NCBI GenBank assembly: GCA_017962585.1
Contig: JAGCVB010000050.1
Span: forward strand, 1 to 49,174
Reading direction: 5' to 3'
Length of the DNA stretch: 49,174 nucleotides
Origin: Bacteroidales bacterium
GTDB lineage: Bacteria > Bacteroidota > Bacteroidia > Bacteroidales > UBA932
Part shown: piece by piece, positions 37,130-46,926 of the stretch
How the letters are laid out: every line of letters starts with the position of its first letter
Position numbering within the stretch: position 1 is the stretch's first letter
The notes under the pieces: generated by a model
Databases searched by the model: none
What the model was told of the DNA's origin: nothing
Seen by the model: only the letters and a program-made list of their open reading frames with translations
Position numbers and translations under genes: made by a program

Positions 37130-38653
37130 ATGAAAAAGCTTTTCACGCTGACCGCGCTCTTGCTCAGTTTGGCAAGCGGCGCGCAGAATGCCAGTATCTG
37201 TTTCGATATCAACCGCAAGGTAGGAGATATCGACAAGAACATCTATGGCATGTTCATGGAACCCATTGCCAGAGCCCGCAGCAACTCTCTCTACGGGCCG
37301 GTGTATGACCCTTCTTCACCTCTTGCCAATGCCGACGGCTTCAAGACCGACGTCATTGACATGTTCCGCGAACTCAAGGCCTCCAATATGCGCTGGCCTG
37401 GAGGAAACTACACCTCCAACTACCACTGGACAGACGGAATCGGCCCCAAGGAGCAGCGCCCTGTCAGGATAGACCCGGCGTGGGGAGGCATAGACTCCAA
37501 CCACGTGGGCACGCACGAGTGGGTGGCCCTGAACGAGGCCATCGGATCCGCCAACGTGGCCTGCTTCAATTTCGGCTTCGGCACCATAGACGAGGCCAAA
37601 TACTGGGTCGAGTACTGCAACCGTCCGGTTGGGACCTATTATTCAGACCTTCGCGCCGCCAACGGACATCCGGAACCGTTCAACATCCAGTACTGGTGCC
37701 TCGGAAACGAGGTGGACGGAAAGCCCTGGATACACGGTTACAAAGAAGTTGACGAATATGTCACCATGGCATACCTGGTGGCCAAGATAGTCAGGTCAGT
37801 GGACAGGAACGTGAAACTTGTCGCCTGCGGAGCATCCTGGTACGACAACTGCCCCATAGGAACTCCTCCTCACGGACATTGGATTGACTGGAACAGGACC
37901 GTGATCCAGGAACTCTACGGAATGGCTGACTACCTGTCAGTGCACCGTTACTGGGAGTACAGCCGCGACGACTACTATGAACTCATGGCCGACAACAGCC
38001 AGGACGTCGAGGACAAGATTGTCACCACCCAGCACCTCATTGACGTGGAACGCACCAATTACCCTCAGAAGAGGCGTATGTACATATCCATGGACGAGTG
38101 GAACGCCAACAACATATCCGGCTACACCCAGGTCCTGGCCAACGCAATGTACCTTAATTCATTCATCCGTCACTCAGACATTGTGAAGATGGCTAACTTC
38201 GCATTGATGACAAGCCTTCTCCAGACCGATCCGGACACCGGAAGCTTCTACAGGGGACCGCTGTTCCAGGCGTACAAGCTGTTCTCCAACAACTGCTACG
38301 GCTCCACTATAGATTCATACGTAACCTGCGGCACCTACGATGGCCAGGTTTACAAGAATGTCCCTTACCTTGACGTAACCTGCGTATATTCCGAGGATGA
38401 AGGAAGGGTTGTGATAAACGTAGTGAACGTGAACAAGGACCAGGCTATCAAGACCGACATCTCTGCGCTTACCGGCTCTTTCTCCAACAAGGCCACCGTC
38501 AGCACAATCTGCTGCGAACTGGATGAGGAGATTACCAAGGCCAAGGAGAGTTCCTATGTTCCCAAACAGACTACTGTAAACGTAAAGGACGGAAAACTGA
38601 CTTACAGTTTCCCGGCCCATTCAATTACCCAGATAAGTATCCCGGTAAAGTAA
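37130..38653 (+). CDS. Second GH51 alpha-L-arabinofuranosidase (secreted)
   Basis: IYGMFMEP, RWPGGN, WCLGNE, SMDEW, FPAHSIT; clear paralog of 5215..6747. Confidence 0.92.
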   Translation: MKKLFTLTALLLSLASGAQNASICFDINRKVGDIDKNIYGMFMEPIARARSNSLYGPVYDPSSPLANADGFKTDVIDMFRELKASNMRWPGGNYTSNYHWTDGIGPKEQRPVRIDPAWGGIDSNHVGTHEWVALNEAIGSANVACFNFGFGTIDEAKYWVEYCNRPVGTYYSDLRAANGHPEPFNIQYWCLGNEVDGKPWIHGYKEVDEYVTMAYLVAKIVRSVDRNVKLVACGASWYDNCPIGTPPHGHWIDWNRTVIQELYGMADYLSVHRYWEYSRDDYYELMADNSQDVEDKIVTTQHLIDVERTNYPQKRRMYISMDEWNANNISGYTQVLANAMYLNSFIRHSDIVKMANFALMTSLLQTDPDTGSFYRGPLFQAYKLFSNNCYGSTIDSYVTCGTYDGQVYKNVPYLDVTCVYSEDEGRVVINVVNVNKDQAIKTDISALTGSFSNKATVSTICCELDEEITKAKESSYVPKQTTVNVKDGKLTYSFPAHSITQISIPVK

Positions 38654-38654
38654 A

Positions 38655-39617
38655 TCAGATAGTATCCTTGATGTTGTAGGAGTTCCTGTCGGAAGCGGTG
38701 CGGGAGATCATCTCGCAGATGAAGCCTGCAAGGAACAGCATCACACCCAGGATAACTGCCAGCAAGGCAAGATAGAACAAAGGCTGGTCTGTCACGGCGC
38801 GGAAATACTGTCCGCGTGCCTGATGGACCAGTTTTGCTATTATTATCCAGGCGGTCATTATGAATCCCACCACGAACATGAAAATGCCGGTATAGCCGAA
38901 GAAGTGCATAGGCTTGCGTCCGAAGGTGGACAGGAACCACAGTGACAGAAGGTCCAGGAATCCGTTTATGAAGCGGTCCATCCCGAATTTGCTCTTGCCG
39001 TATTTGCGCTTCTGGTGATGCACGGGCTTTTCAGTTATGCGGGTGAAGCCGGCGTTCTTGGCCAGGTACGGTATGTAGCGGTGCATCTCACCGTATACCT
39101 CTATGCTCTTGACAACCTCGTTCCTGTAAGCCTTGAGGCCGCAGTTCATGTCGTGAAGCTTGATTCCCGTGATGCGGCGGGCGGTGGCGTTGTACAGTTT
39201 CGAGGGCAGGTTCTTGGTGAGCTTGTTGTCCTGGCGGTGCTGTTTCCAGCCTGACACCACGTCCCAGCCGTCCTCTACAATCATACGGTACATTTCAGGG
39301 ACCTCCTCAGGGGAATCCTGAAGGTCGGCGTCCATAGTGACCACCACGCGGCCCCTGGCTTCCTTGAAGCCGCAGAACAGCGCGGCAGACTTGCCGTAGT
39401 TGAGGCGGAACTGGATGGCGCGGACTGCGCCGTCTGCCGCAGCAAGCTGCTTGACGGTGTCCCAGGTGCCGTCGTCGCTGCCGTCATCTATTATGATTAT
39501 CTCCATTGAAAGGTTCTCCGGGTCCAGCGCACGGTGGATCCAGGAAAGGAGTTCGGGAAGGGATTCTTTCTCGTTGTATGAGGGTATGAGGATGCTCAGG
39601 TCTACGGGATAGTCCAT
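38655..39617 (-). CDS. GT2 family polyprenol-phosphate glycosyltransferase (ArnC/GtrB-like)
   Basis: IPSYNE.ESL, DDGS.D, NYGKSAAL, MDADLQD.P, LHDMNCGLKAYR, two C-terminal TMs. Confidence 0.92.
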   Translation of the reverse strand: MDYPVDLSILIPSYNEKESLPELLSWIHRALDPENLSMEIIIIDDGSDDGTWDTVKQLAAADGAVRAIQFRLNYGKSAALFCGFKEARGRVVVTMDADLQDSPEEVPEMYRMIVEDGWDVVSGWKQHRQDNKLTKNLPSKLYNATARRITGIKLHDMNCGLKAYRNEVVKSIEVYGEMHRYIPYLAKNAGFTRITEKPVHHQKRKYGKSKFGMDRFINGFLDLLSLWFLSTFGRKPMHFFGYTGIFMFVVGFIMTAWIIIAKLVHQARGQYFRAVTDQPLFYLALLAVILGVMLFLAGFICEMISRTASDRNSYNIKDTI

Positions 39618-39618
39618 A

Positions 39619-40167
39619 TTATTGCTTGAAAGGATCGTCTTTAACCAGCCTGGAGGCTATGATGGCCGATGCGGCCCAGCCGAAAAGCGTGCAGTAAACA
39701 AGGTTTGCGAAGAACATGATGGCCGGCATCTTCCCCTGCATCTGCTCCAGGGCTTCCATAGAGTTGGAGTCCAGCATGGAGGAGTATGCGTCGGTTGCGG
39801 CGGCAAAACTCTCAGCCAGCGCGTCCGGGTTCAGATAAAGGAAGTAAATGAGCGTGAAGGCCGAATAAATGAGGGCGGACATAAAGCAGGTGATGACGCC
39901 GAACTTGCGCACCGTGGCCCTGTCGGCACCCGGGAAGTCCAGGGTGAACTTGCGCATAAGGGCAAACAGCACGTATACGCAGCAGAACAGTTTAGCCGCC
40001 CAGATGAAGAAATTGAGTATTGTGGTGAGGAATGTTCCAACGGAATTGTCGGGAAGAAGCTCGAGAAGAAGGCTCAGGGCCATGAAGCCGATTGTTACAC
40101 CTCCAAGGATGAGTCCGCCTTTGCCGGCGCTGTCCCAAATAGTCTTTCCAGATATTTCTCCAGTCAT
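39619..40167 (-). CDS. DUF4199-like membrane protein
   Basis: Four TM segments with a polar loop after 'Y..YLNPD'; usual upstream partner of this GT2; start set at ATG 40167. Confidence 0.7.
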   Translation of the reverse strand: MTGEISGKTIWDSAGKGGLILGGVTIGFMALSLLLELLPDNSVGTFLTTILNFFIWAAKLFCCVYVLFALMRKFTLDFPGADRATVRKFGVITCFMSALIYSAFTLIYFLYLNPDALAESFAAATDAYSSMLDSNSMEALEQMQGKMPAIMFFANLVYCTLFGWAASAIIASRLVKDDPFKQ

Positions 40168-40187
40168 ATTCAATGTGTTTGTAAATA

Positions 40188-40215
40188 CAAAGATAAAGAA
40201 AAAACCGTATATTTG
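40188..40215. promoter_or_regulatory. Overlapping divergent promoters (DUF4199 / thrS)
   Basis: TATCTTTG on minus (40188-40195) and TATATTTG on plus (40208-40215). Confidence 0.7.
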
Positions 40216-40235
40216 CATTCCTTATATTTAACGAT

Positions 40236-42167
40236 ATGATCAACATAACATTTCCAGACGGAGCGGTAAAGCCATTTGTAGAAGGAATAACCGCTTACGA
40301 AATTGCTGAGAGCATCAGCCCCCGCCTTGCAGCCGAAGTTCTGGCCGCCCAGGTGAACGGGGTTGTGTACGATTTGAACCGCCCTATCGACCAGGACGCT
40401 TCGATATCTCTGCTCAAGTGGGACAGCGACGACGCCAAGAGGGTTTTCTGGCACTCATCGTCCCATCTTATGGCAGAGGCTCTGGAGGCTTTGTACCCCG
40501 GAGTCAAGTTCGGTATCGGCCCTGCCGTCGAGAACGGATTTTATTACGACGTGGACCTCTGCGGCCAGCAGATCACAGATTCCGACCTCCCCAAGATCGA
40601 GAAGAAGATGCTGGAACTCGCAGCCCGCAAGGAAGAGTACAAGAGAATTGACGTAAGCAAGGCTGACGCCCTGAAGTACTTCGCCGCAAAAGGCGACCAG
40701 TACAAGGTGGAACTCATAAACGAGCTTCAGGACGGCACCATCACATATTACGAGAACGGCGACTTCACCGACCTCTGCCGCGGCCCGCACCTTCGCAGCA
40801 CCGAGGCTATCAAGGCAGTGAAACTCACCGCGATAGCCGGAGCATACTGGCGCGGAGACGAGAAGCGCCAGCAGCTCACCCGCATCTACGGCATCACCTT
40901 CCCCAAGAAATCAATGCTTGAGGAGTACCTGGTGATGATGGAAGAGGCAAAGAAGAGGGACCACCGCAAGCTGGGCAAGGAAATGGAACTGTTCACATTC
41001 TCCCAGAGGGTGGGTCTCGGCCTTCCGCTGTGGCTGCCCCGCGGCGCCGTGATGCGCAACATCCTGGAAGGATTCCTGCGCAAGAAGCAGACGGAACTGG
41101 GATACCTTCCCGTAGTGACACCCCATATCGGCAGCAAGGAACTCTACATAACATCAGGGCATTACGCCAAGTACGGCAAGGATTCGTTCCAGCCCATACG
41201 CACCCCTCAGGAAGGGGAGGAGTATATGCTCAAGCCTATGAACTGCCCTCACCACTGCGAGATCTTCCGCAGCTCGCCGCGCTCGTACCGTGACCTCCCT
41301 CTGCGCTTCGCAGAGTTCGGCACCGTGTACCGCTACGAGCAGAGCGGAGAACTCCACGGCCTCACCCGCGTGAGAGGTTTCACCCAGGACGACGCCCACC
41401 TGTTCTGCCGTCCCGACCAGCTGCAGGAAGAGTTCGAGAAGGTCATCGACCTCATCCTCTACGTCTTCCGCACGCTCAAGATGACGGATTACATGGCTCA
41501 GGTATCCCTCCGCGACCCTGACAACAAGGAGAAGTACATAGGCTCTGACGAGAACTGGGCCAAGGCCGAGCAGGCCATCATAGACGCCGCTGCCAAGAAG
41601 GGCCTCAAGACCGTGGTGGAGAAAGGCGAGGCCGCATTCTACGGCCCCAAGCTGGACTTCATGGTGAAGGACGCCATCGGACGCAAGTGGCAGCTCGGAA
41701 CCATCCAGGTAGATTACAACCTGCCTGAGCGCTTCCAGTTGGAGTACACCGACGCCGACGGCAGCAAGAAACGCCCTGTGATGATCCATCGCGCTCCGTT
41801 CGGATCAATGGAAAGGTTTACCGCAGTAGTGCTGGAGCACACCGCCGGACACCTGCCTCTCTGGCTCTCTCCCGATCAGGTTAAAGTGCTGCCAGTGAGT
41901 GAAAAATATGCGGATTATGCAGAAAAAGTTTGTAGTTTCCTGAATAATTCCGATATTCGCGCTTCCATAGACGCTAGGAATGAGACACTTGGCAAGAGAA
42001 TCCGCGAGATTTCCCTTCTCAGGGTCCCTGTACTGGTGATTGTGGGAGATAAAGAAATCCAAAGTGAGACAGTATCCGTACGCCGCGAAGGCGCGGATGC
42101 CGGCAGCATGACTTTGGATGGATTTGTTGAGTATATCCATCAGGCAATAGCTGATGAGTTATCATAA
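40236..42167 (+). CDS. thrS: Threonine--tRNA ligase
   Basis: TGS N-terminus, [57 protein letters not shown]. Confidence 0.98.
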   Translation: MINITFPDGAVKPFVEGITAYEIAESISPRLAAEVLAAQVNGVVYDLNRPIDQDASISLLKWDSDDAKRVFWHSSSHLMAEALEALYPGVKFGIGPAVENGFYYDVDLCGQQITDSDLPKIEKKMLELAARKEEYKRIDVSKADALKYFAAKGDQYKVELINELQDGTITYYENGDFTDLCRGPHLRSTEAIKAVKLTAIAGAYWRGDEKRQQLTRIYGITFPKKSMLEEYLVMMEEAKKRDHRKLGKEMELFTFSQRVGLGLPLWLPRGAVMRNILEGFLRKKQTELGYLPVVTPHIGSKELYITSGHYAKYGKDSFQPIRTPQEGEEYMLKPMNCPHHCEIFRSSPRSYRDLPLRFAEFGTVYRYEQSGELHGLTRVRGFTQDDAHLFCRPDQLQEEFEKVIDLILYVFRTLKMTDYMAQVSLRDPDNKEKYIGSDENWAKAEQAIIDAAAKKGLKTVVEKGEAAFYGPKLDFMVKDAIGRKWQLGTIQVDYNLPERFQLEYTDADGSKKRPVMIHRAPFGSMERFTAVVLEHTAGHLPLWLSPDQVKVLPVSEKYADYAEKVCSFLNNSDIRASIDARNETLGKRIREISLLRVPVLVIVGDKEIQSETVSVRREGADAGSMTLDGFVEYIHQAIADELS

Positions 42168-42170
42168 TAT

Positions 42171-42770
42171 ATGGCAGGACCTTACAGACCAAAGCCCTCG
42201 GGCTTCAAGCCTAACGGCAAAAAACCCAACCGTCCCTATCCTAACCAGAAAAAGGACGAGAACGAGTTGAACATCAACCACGAGATCAGCGCCCCCCAGG
42301 TGCGTCTGGTTGGTGACAACATACCTGAGCCGGGCATTTACCCCCTGGCCAAGGCGCTCGCGCTTGCAGACGAACTGGAACTGGATCTGGTTGAGATAAG
42401 CGCCAAGGCAGATCCTCCCGTATGCAAGATACTTGACTACCAGAAATACCTGTACCAGCAGAAGAAGAAGGCCAAGGAGATGAAGTCCAATTCGGCCAAG
42501 ATAGTCCTCAAGGAAATCCGTTTCGGCCCCAACACCGACGAGCACGACTTCCAGTTCAAGCTGAAGCACGCCCAGGAGTTCCTCCAGGAAGGATCCAAGG
42601 TAAAGGCCACCATCTTCTTCAGAGGACGCTCCATCCAGTTCGCAGAGCAGGGAGAAAAGCAGCTCCTGCGCTTTGCGGTTGAACTTGAAGAGTTCGGCAG
42701 GGCGGAGAACATGCCGGTCCTGGAAGGCAAGCGAATGACAATGATTATTGCCCCCTTGAAAAAGAAATAG
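42171..42770 (+). CDS. infC: Translation initiation factor IF-3
   Basis: IN.EI....[28 protein letters not shown]....HD..FK, EGKRM. Confidence 0.96.
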   Translation: MAGPYRPKPSGFKPNGKKPNRPYPNQKKDENELNINHEISAPQVRLVGDNIPEPGIYPLAKALALADELELDLVEISAKADPPVCKILDYQKYLYQQKKKAKEMKSNSAKIVLKEIRFGPNTDEHDFQFKLKHAQEFLQEGSKVKATIFFRGRSIQFAEQGEKQLLRFAVELEEFGRAENMPVLEGKRMTMIIAPLKKK

Positions 42771-42806
42771 GGCAAAATATATTAACAATTATTAACAAAC
42801 AAAGAA

Positions 42807-43001
42807 ATGGCAAAGAATAAGACCAACTCCGGTGCCAAAAAGCGCTTCACGCTTACCGGAACGGGAAAGATCAAGAGAAAGCACGCTTATCACAGCCACA
42901 TTCTCACAAAGAAGACCAAGAAGCAGAAAAGGAATCTGGATCATTTCGCCATCCTGAAGAAGGCGGATGAGAAGAGGGTCAAGGAACTTCTTGCCTTGTA
43001 G
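42807..43001 (+). CDS. rpmI: 50S ribosomal protein L35
   Basis: [30 protein letters not shown]. Confidence 0.97.
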   Translation: MAKNKTNSGAKKRFTLTGTGKIKRKHAYHSHILTKKTKKQKRNLDHFAILKKADEKRVKELLAL

Positions 43002-43019
43002 TATCATTTAAGTCAAACG

Positions 43020-43066
43020 TGGATGCCGCAGTTGTAAAGAGCTTGCAAGTCAAGCCACTGCCTCCA
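43020..43066 (+). promoter_or_regulatory. Structured rpmI-rplT intergenic RNA, candidate L20 autoregulatory leader
   Basis: Nested pairings TGGA/TCCA, GCAGT/ACTGC and GCTTG/CAAGC with a purine-rich internal loop. Confidence 0.4.
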
Positions 43067-43082
43067 GAAAAACAAATTAATT

Positions 43083-43430
43083 ATGCCAAGATCAGTCAAT
43101 TCAGTTGCTTCAAGAGCACGCCGCAAGAAGATTCTCAAGCAGACTCGCGGTAACTTCCTCTCCAGGAAGAATGTTTGGACGGTTGCAAAGAACACCTATG
43201 AGAAAGGTCTCACCTATGCATACCGTGATCGTAAAGCAAAGAAGCGCAACTTCCGCGCTCTTTGGATACAGAGAATTAACGCCGCCGCACGTCAGTACGG
43301 TGTGACTTATTCTCAGTTTATGGGTCAGCTGGCCAAGAAGAACGTCGGTCTCAACCGCAAAGTTCTGGCAGACCTTGCTATGAATAATCCGCAGGCTTTC
43401 GAGGCTGTTTTGAAGTCTGTTACCGAGTAG
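43083..43430 (+). CDS. rplT: 50S ribosomal protein L20
   Basis: [45 protein letters not shown]. Confidence 0.98.
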   Translation: MPRSVNSVASRARRKKILKQTRGNFLSRKNVWTVAKNTYEKGLTYAYRDRKAKKRNFRALWIQRINAAARQYGVTYSQFMGQLAKKNVGLNRKVLADLAMNNPQAFEAVLKSVTE

Positions 43431-43436
43431 TGCCGG

Positions 43437-44744
43437 ATGAGCCTGAAGGATTTTCTCCATAACCGCTGGACGGGTTTCATATTTTGGGCCCTGCTTTACG
43501 TGTTGTGGGTGATATGGCTCGGAAATTACTGGTGGCTTTTAGGCCTGATAGTTATCTTTGACATCTTCATAACCAAGAAGGTTCATTGGAACTTCTGGAA
43601 AAAACGCTACAAGGAAGGAGAGAAAAGGAGCGCGGCCAACGACTGGCTGGACGACATAATCTTCGCGGTCGTGTTCGTCACCTTCTTGAACATCTTCTTC
43701 TTCCAAGCCTTCAAGATTCCTTCATCCTCTATGGAAAGTACGCTTTACACAGGTGACCACCTGTTCGTAAGCAAATTGACATACGGCCCCAAGCTTCCGC
43801 AGACTCCGCTTACCGTGCCTTTTACGCACAATACCATTTTCGGCAAGGAGTCCTATTCCAGGCTTATAACCAGGGATTATAAAAGACTCAAGGGGTTCCG
43901 CGAAGTACAGAGGGGAGACGATGTGGTCTTCTGCTTTCCAAACGGAGATACCGTTCTGGTGAAGGCACCTGCAGACGATTACTATATGCTCAGCAGGATA
44001 GTCGGCAGAGAGACTGCAATAAAGAACTGGGGACCTGTGAAGGTCCGCCCCTCGGACAAGAAAGACCACTATGTCAAGCGCTGTGTAGCCGTAGCGGGAG
44101 ACAGGCTGGAAGTAATAGACGGCCTGGTCTACGTGAACGGACAGAAACAAGAGGTTTATCCGGGAATACAACTTACATACAAGGTTGTCACTTCCAATGG
44201 AAGGATAAATCAGAAGTTCTTTGAAAAATTAGGTTTGAACACCTCCGAACTCTTCTTCGACCCGGCTTTGCCAGGATATCCCGCAATGCCGCTCACAGAA
44301 GAGATGCTCTCAGAAGTCCGTGACCTGGACGCAGTACAGAGCATAGAGCCCAACCTCGACCACGAGCCCAACGTGCTGGAACTTTTCCCCTTCACGCAGA
44401 CGGGCTGGAGCCGCGACTATTACGGCCCCATCTGGATTCCCAAGAAAGGGGAGACCGTGGAGATAAACGAGGCCACTCTGCCGCTGTACAGCAGGCTCAT
44501 AAAGGATTACGAGGGCGGAGACGTTCAGCAGGCTTTGAAGGAAGGCAAATATACCTTCCGACAGGATTATTATTTTATGATGGGGGACAACAGGCACAAT
44601 TCCCTGGACTCGAGGTACTGGGGCTTCGTCCCTGAAGACCACATAGTGGGAAGGCCGTTCCTTGTATGGCTTTCTACGGACAGGTCCAAGAAGTTCCCCA
44701 AGAACATCAGGTGGAGAAGGTTCTTCACCATAGTTGGTAATTAA
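43437..44744 (+). CDS. lepB: Signal peptidase I
   Basis: F.IPSSSME.TL..GD.LFVSK (catalytic Ser), YVKRCVA (Lys), MGDNRHNSLDSRYWGFVP. Confidence 0.95.
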   Translation: MSLKDFLHNRWTGFIFWALLYVLWVIWLGNYWWLLGLIVIFDIFITKKVHWNFWKKRYKEGEKRSAANDWLDDIIFAVVFVTFLNIFFFQAFKIPSSSMESTLYTGDHLFVSKLTYGPKLPQTPLTVPFTHNTIFGKESYSRLITRDYKRLKGFREVQRGDDVVFCFPNGDTVLVKAPADDYYMLSRIVGRETAIKNWGPVKVRPSDKKDHYVKRCVAVAGDRLEVIDGLVYVNGQKQEVYPGIQLTYKVVTSNGRINQKFFEKLGLNTSELFFDPALPGYPAMPLTEEMLSEVRDLDAVQSIEPNLDHEPNVLELFPFTQTGWSRDYYGPIWIPKKGETVEINEATLPLYSRLIKDYEGGDVQQALKEGKYTFRQDYYFMMGDNRHNSLDSRYWGFVPEDHIVGRPFLVWLSTDRSKKFPKNIRWRRFFTIVGN

Positions 44745-44765
44745 AAATTAAAAAAGTATAGCATT

Positions 44766-45008
44766 ATGGCAAAGGTTTGTCAAATAACTGGAAGAAAGAG
44801 AATGAAGGGCAACAATGTGGCCCATTCAAAGCTGCGCACAAAGCGCGACTTCTCCCTCAACCTCAAGACCAAGAAGTTCTGGTCAGAAGAGGAGCAGAGG
44901 TTCGTCACATTGAAAGTATCTTGCAAGGGTATGAGGATCATCGAGAAGAACGGTCTGGACGCTACCCTCAGGGATGCTCAGAAGAAAGGATTAATTAACC
45001 TTGTTTAA
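44766..45008 (+). CDS. rpmB: 50S ribosomal protein L28
   Basis: MAKVCQITG....GNNV.HS...TKR.F..NL. Confidence 0.96.
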   Translation: MAKVCQITGRKRMKGNNVAHSKLRTKRDFSLNLKTKKFWSEEEQRFVTLKVSCKGMRIIEKNGLDATLRDAQKKGLINLV

Positions 45009-45019
45009 ACTCGTGAATT

Positions 45020-45208
45020 ATGGCAAAGAAAGCTAAAGGAAACAGGGTGCAGGTCATCCTTGAGTGCACTGAGCAGAAAGCTAGCGGTGTACCCGGTATG
45101 TCTCGTTACATCACCACCAAGAACAAGAAGAACAACCCCGAGAGGCTGGAGCGCAAGAAATACAATCCGTTCCTCAAGAAGGTTACCGTTCATCGTGAGA
45201 TCAAGTAA
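45020..45208 (+). CDS. rpmG: 50S ribosomal protein L33
   Basis: [42 protein letters not shown]. Confidence 0.97.
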   Translation: MAKKAKGNRVQVILECTEQKASGVPGMSRYITTKNKKNNPERLERKKYNPFLKKVTVHREIK

Positions 45209-45226
45209 TTAAAAGGAGTATAAACT

Positions 45227-45385
45227 ATGGCAAAGAAAGCAGTCGCTACATTCGCAGCAAAGGCCGGTGCCAAGAGCATGGTCAAGTGCATCCGCATGGA
45301 GAAATCTCCCAAGACCGGAGCCTACGTTTTCGTAGAGCACCTCGTAGAAGAGGCTAAGGCAAAGGAGTACTTTGACAAGAAGTAA
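45227..45385 (+). CDS. DUF4295 family protein (Bacteroidota ribosomal protein bL38); not in the supplied ORF track
   Basis: 52 aa MAKKAVATFAAKAGAKSMVKCIRMEKSPKTGAYVFVEHLVEEAKAKEYFDKK directly after rpmG. Confidence 0.92.
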   Translation: MAKKAVATFAAKAGAKSMVKCIRMEKSPKTGAYVFVEHLVEEAKAKEYFDKK

Positions 45386-45409
45386 TACACTCCTGACTAT
45401 ATTCTTAAG

Positions 45410-45436
45410 AAGGCCTGCATAGCTTGCAGGCCTTTT
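45410..45436 (+). terminator. Terminator of the ribosomal protein operon
   Basis: AAGGCCTGCA-tagct-TGCAGGCCTT-TT. Confidence 0.8.
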
Positions 45437-45461
45437 AGTCGATAATTTAAACACCTTCGCT

Positions 45462-45968
45462 ATGTTTTTCAGAAGATTGATAGCATTCGCGGCGCTGGCT
45501 GCTGCAGTATGCTCCTGCGGTGTCCTCACAGACCAGGTGACACCGGAAGAAGAGGCTATGATTAGGGAACGCCTCGACGCTCAGAGTTTCAAGGTTGACA
45601 TAGAATTCATGAATCCCCGCCGCGGTCCTCAGCAGGCTCTGACTACGCCGTATGTAGTAATCATAAACGACGGTCAGATCAATTCCGCACTTCCGTACAT
45701 AGGGCAGGCTTGGAACCTTCCATACGGCGGAGGAAAGGGCTTCAACTTCGAGGCTCCCATAGTGGATTACGCCCAGAAACTTGCCGCTTTCGGCGGAGCA
45801 CGCATCATAGAGGTCACCACGGACAATGAAGAGGAACTTCTGCTGTACCGCTTCGAGATATACCCCAACGGAAAGGTTCACCTCACTGTACGCTCTCAGC
45901 ACAGGGAGGTCATAGACTACAGCGGCCATCTTGATCCATATACCAATCCTGCTGAAAAGAAGAAGTAA
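45462..45968 (+). CDS. DUF4251 family lipoprotein
   Basis: Lipobox CSC, F...I....P, LPY.G.A...PYGGGKG..F, I..NG...L.V. Confidence 0.8.
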   Translation: MFFRRLIAFAALAAAVCSCGVLTDQVTPEEEAMIRERLDAQSFKVDIEFMNPRRGPQQALTTPYVVIINDGQINSALPYIGQAWNLPYGGGKGFNFEAPIVDYAQKLAAFGGARIIEVTTDNEEELLLYRFEIYPNGKVHLTVRSQHREVIDYSGHLDPYTNPAEKKK

Positions 45969-45974
45969 GTAGGA

Positions 45975-46793
45975 ATGGCACGTACCAAATGGATCGCCGG
46001 CCTTCTGGGCTGGGTCGCTTACGGCCCCATAGGGGCATTGCTGGGCTATTTCCTGGGTTCATTCATAGACAAGTCGATAGACGCGGCCAGACAGATAGGT
46101 TCCGGCTCCGCGCCCGGTTCCGGATACGGTACCGGTTCAAGGACTACGTATGACGGCTCCGGAGGAGCCTGGAACCAGCAGGGAGGCCCCCGCACCTACA
46201 CTACCACGGAGCAGCGCAACAGCTTCTTCGTGAGTTTGCTGGTGCTTTCTTCGGCCGTAATAAAGGCTGACGGCAGGACTCTTCAGTCAGAAGTAGATGT
46301 AGTAAAGGATTTCATTAGGCGGAACTTCGGACAGAACGCCGTGGACGAGGCCGTCCGGATACTCGACAGCCTTAAAAACCAGCAGGTAGACATATATTCA
46401 GTCGGCACTCAGATTGCCAACAACATGAATTATTCGCAGCGCCTGCAGCTGTTCCACTACCTCACCCAGATAGCTATTGCTGACGGAGACTTCAGCAAGT
46501 CTGAGAAGAGCGTCCTGGAGGCCATAGGCGGAGCCATCCGCCTGAACTCCTCCGACATCTCCTCCATCATAGCCATGTTCTACAAGGACAAGGAGTCTGC
46601 TTACGCAGTGCTGGAGATATCTCCTTCGGCCAGCAACGATGAGGTGAAGGCCGCGTACAGGCGTATGGCAATGAAGTATCATCCTGACAAGGTGGCCACT
46701 CTCGGAGCCGAAGTTCAGAAGGCTGCGGAGGAGAAGTTCCGCAAGATTCAGGAGGCCTACGAAACCATTAAAAAAGAGCGCGGGATGAGCTGA
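45975..46793 (+). CDS. DjlA-like co-chaperone (TerB-like domain + C-terminal J domain)
   Basis: KWI.G.LGW...GPIGA..G, LLVLSSAVIKADG, IA.ADG, YRRMAMKYHPDKV (HPD), AYE.IKKERG. Confidence 0.88.
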   Translation: MARTKWIAGLLGWVAYGPIGALLGYFLGSFIDKSIDAARQIGSGSAPGSGYGTGSRTTYDGSGGAWNQQGGPRTYTTTEQRNSFFVSLLVLSSAVIKADGRTLQSEVDVVKDFIRRNFGQNAVDEAVRILDSLKNQQVDIYSVGTQIANNMNYSQRLQLFHYLTQIAIADGDFSKSEKSVLEAIGGAIRLNSSDISSIIAMFYKDKESAYAVLEISPSASNDEVKAAYRRMAMKYHPDKVATLGAEVQKAAEEKFRKIQEAYETIKKERGMS

Positions 46794-46802
46794 TTTTAAG
46801 GG

Positions 46803-46841
46803 GGAAAACCTTTGTACTTTCAAAGGATTTCCGTACCTTAG
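46803..46841 (+). promoter_or_regulatory. Probable hydrogenase-operon promoter overlapped by an inverted repeat
   Basis: TTTG (46811-46814), 19-nt spacer, TACCTTAG (46834-46841); GGAAAACCTTTG-tacttt-CAAAGGATTTCC spans the -33 box. Confidence 0.5.
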
Positions 46842-46926
46842 AGGACTTAAAAAATGACCCCCTCATTTTACTGAAAAGGACATTATTATTATTTCAATAT
46901 TTATCTCAAAACATTCGAAGAAACCC

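Noticed and set aside
42171-42260. infC starting at ATG rather than AUU, with a basic Pro-rich extension
   Set aside because: ATG starts and variable N-terminal extensions are not unusual for Bacteroidota IF-3
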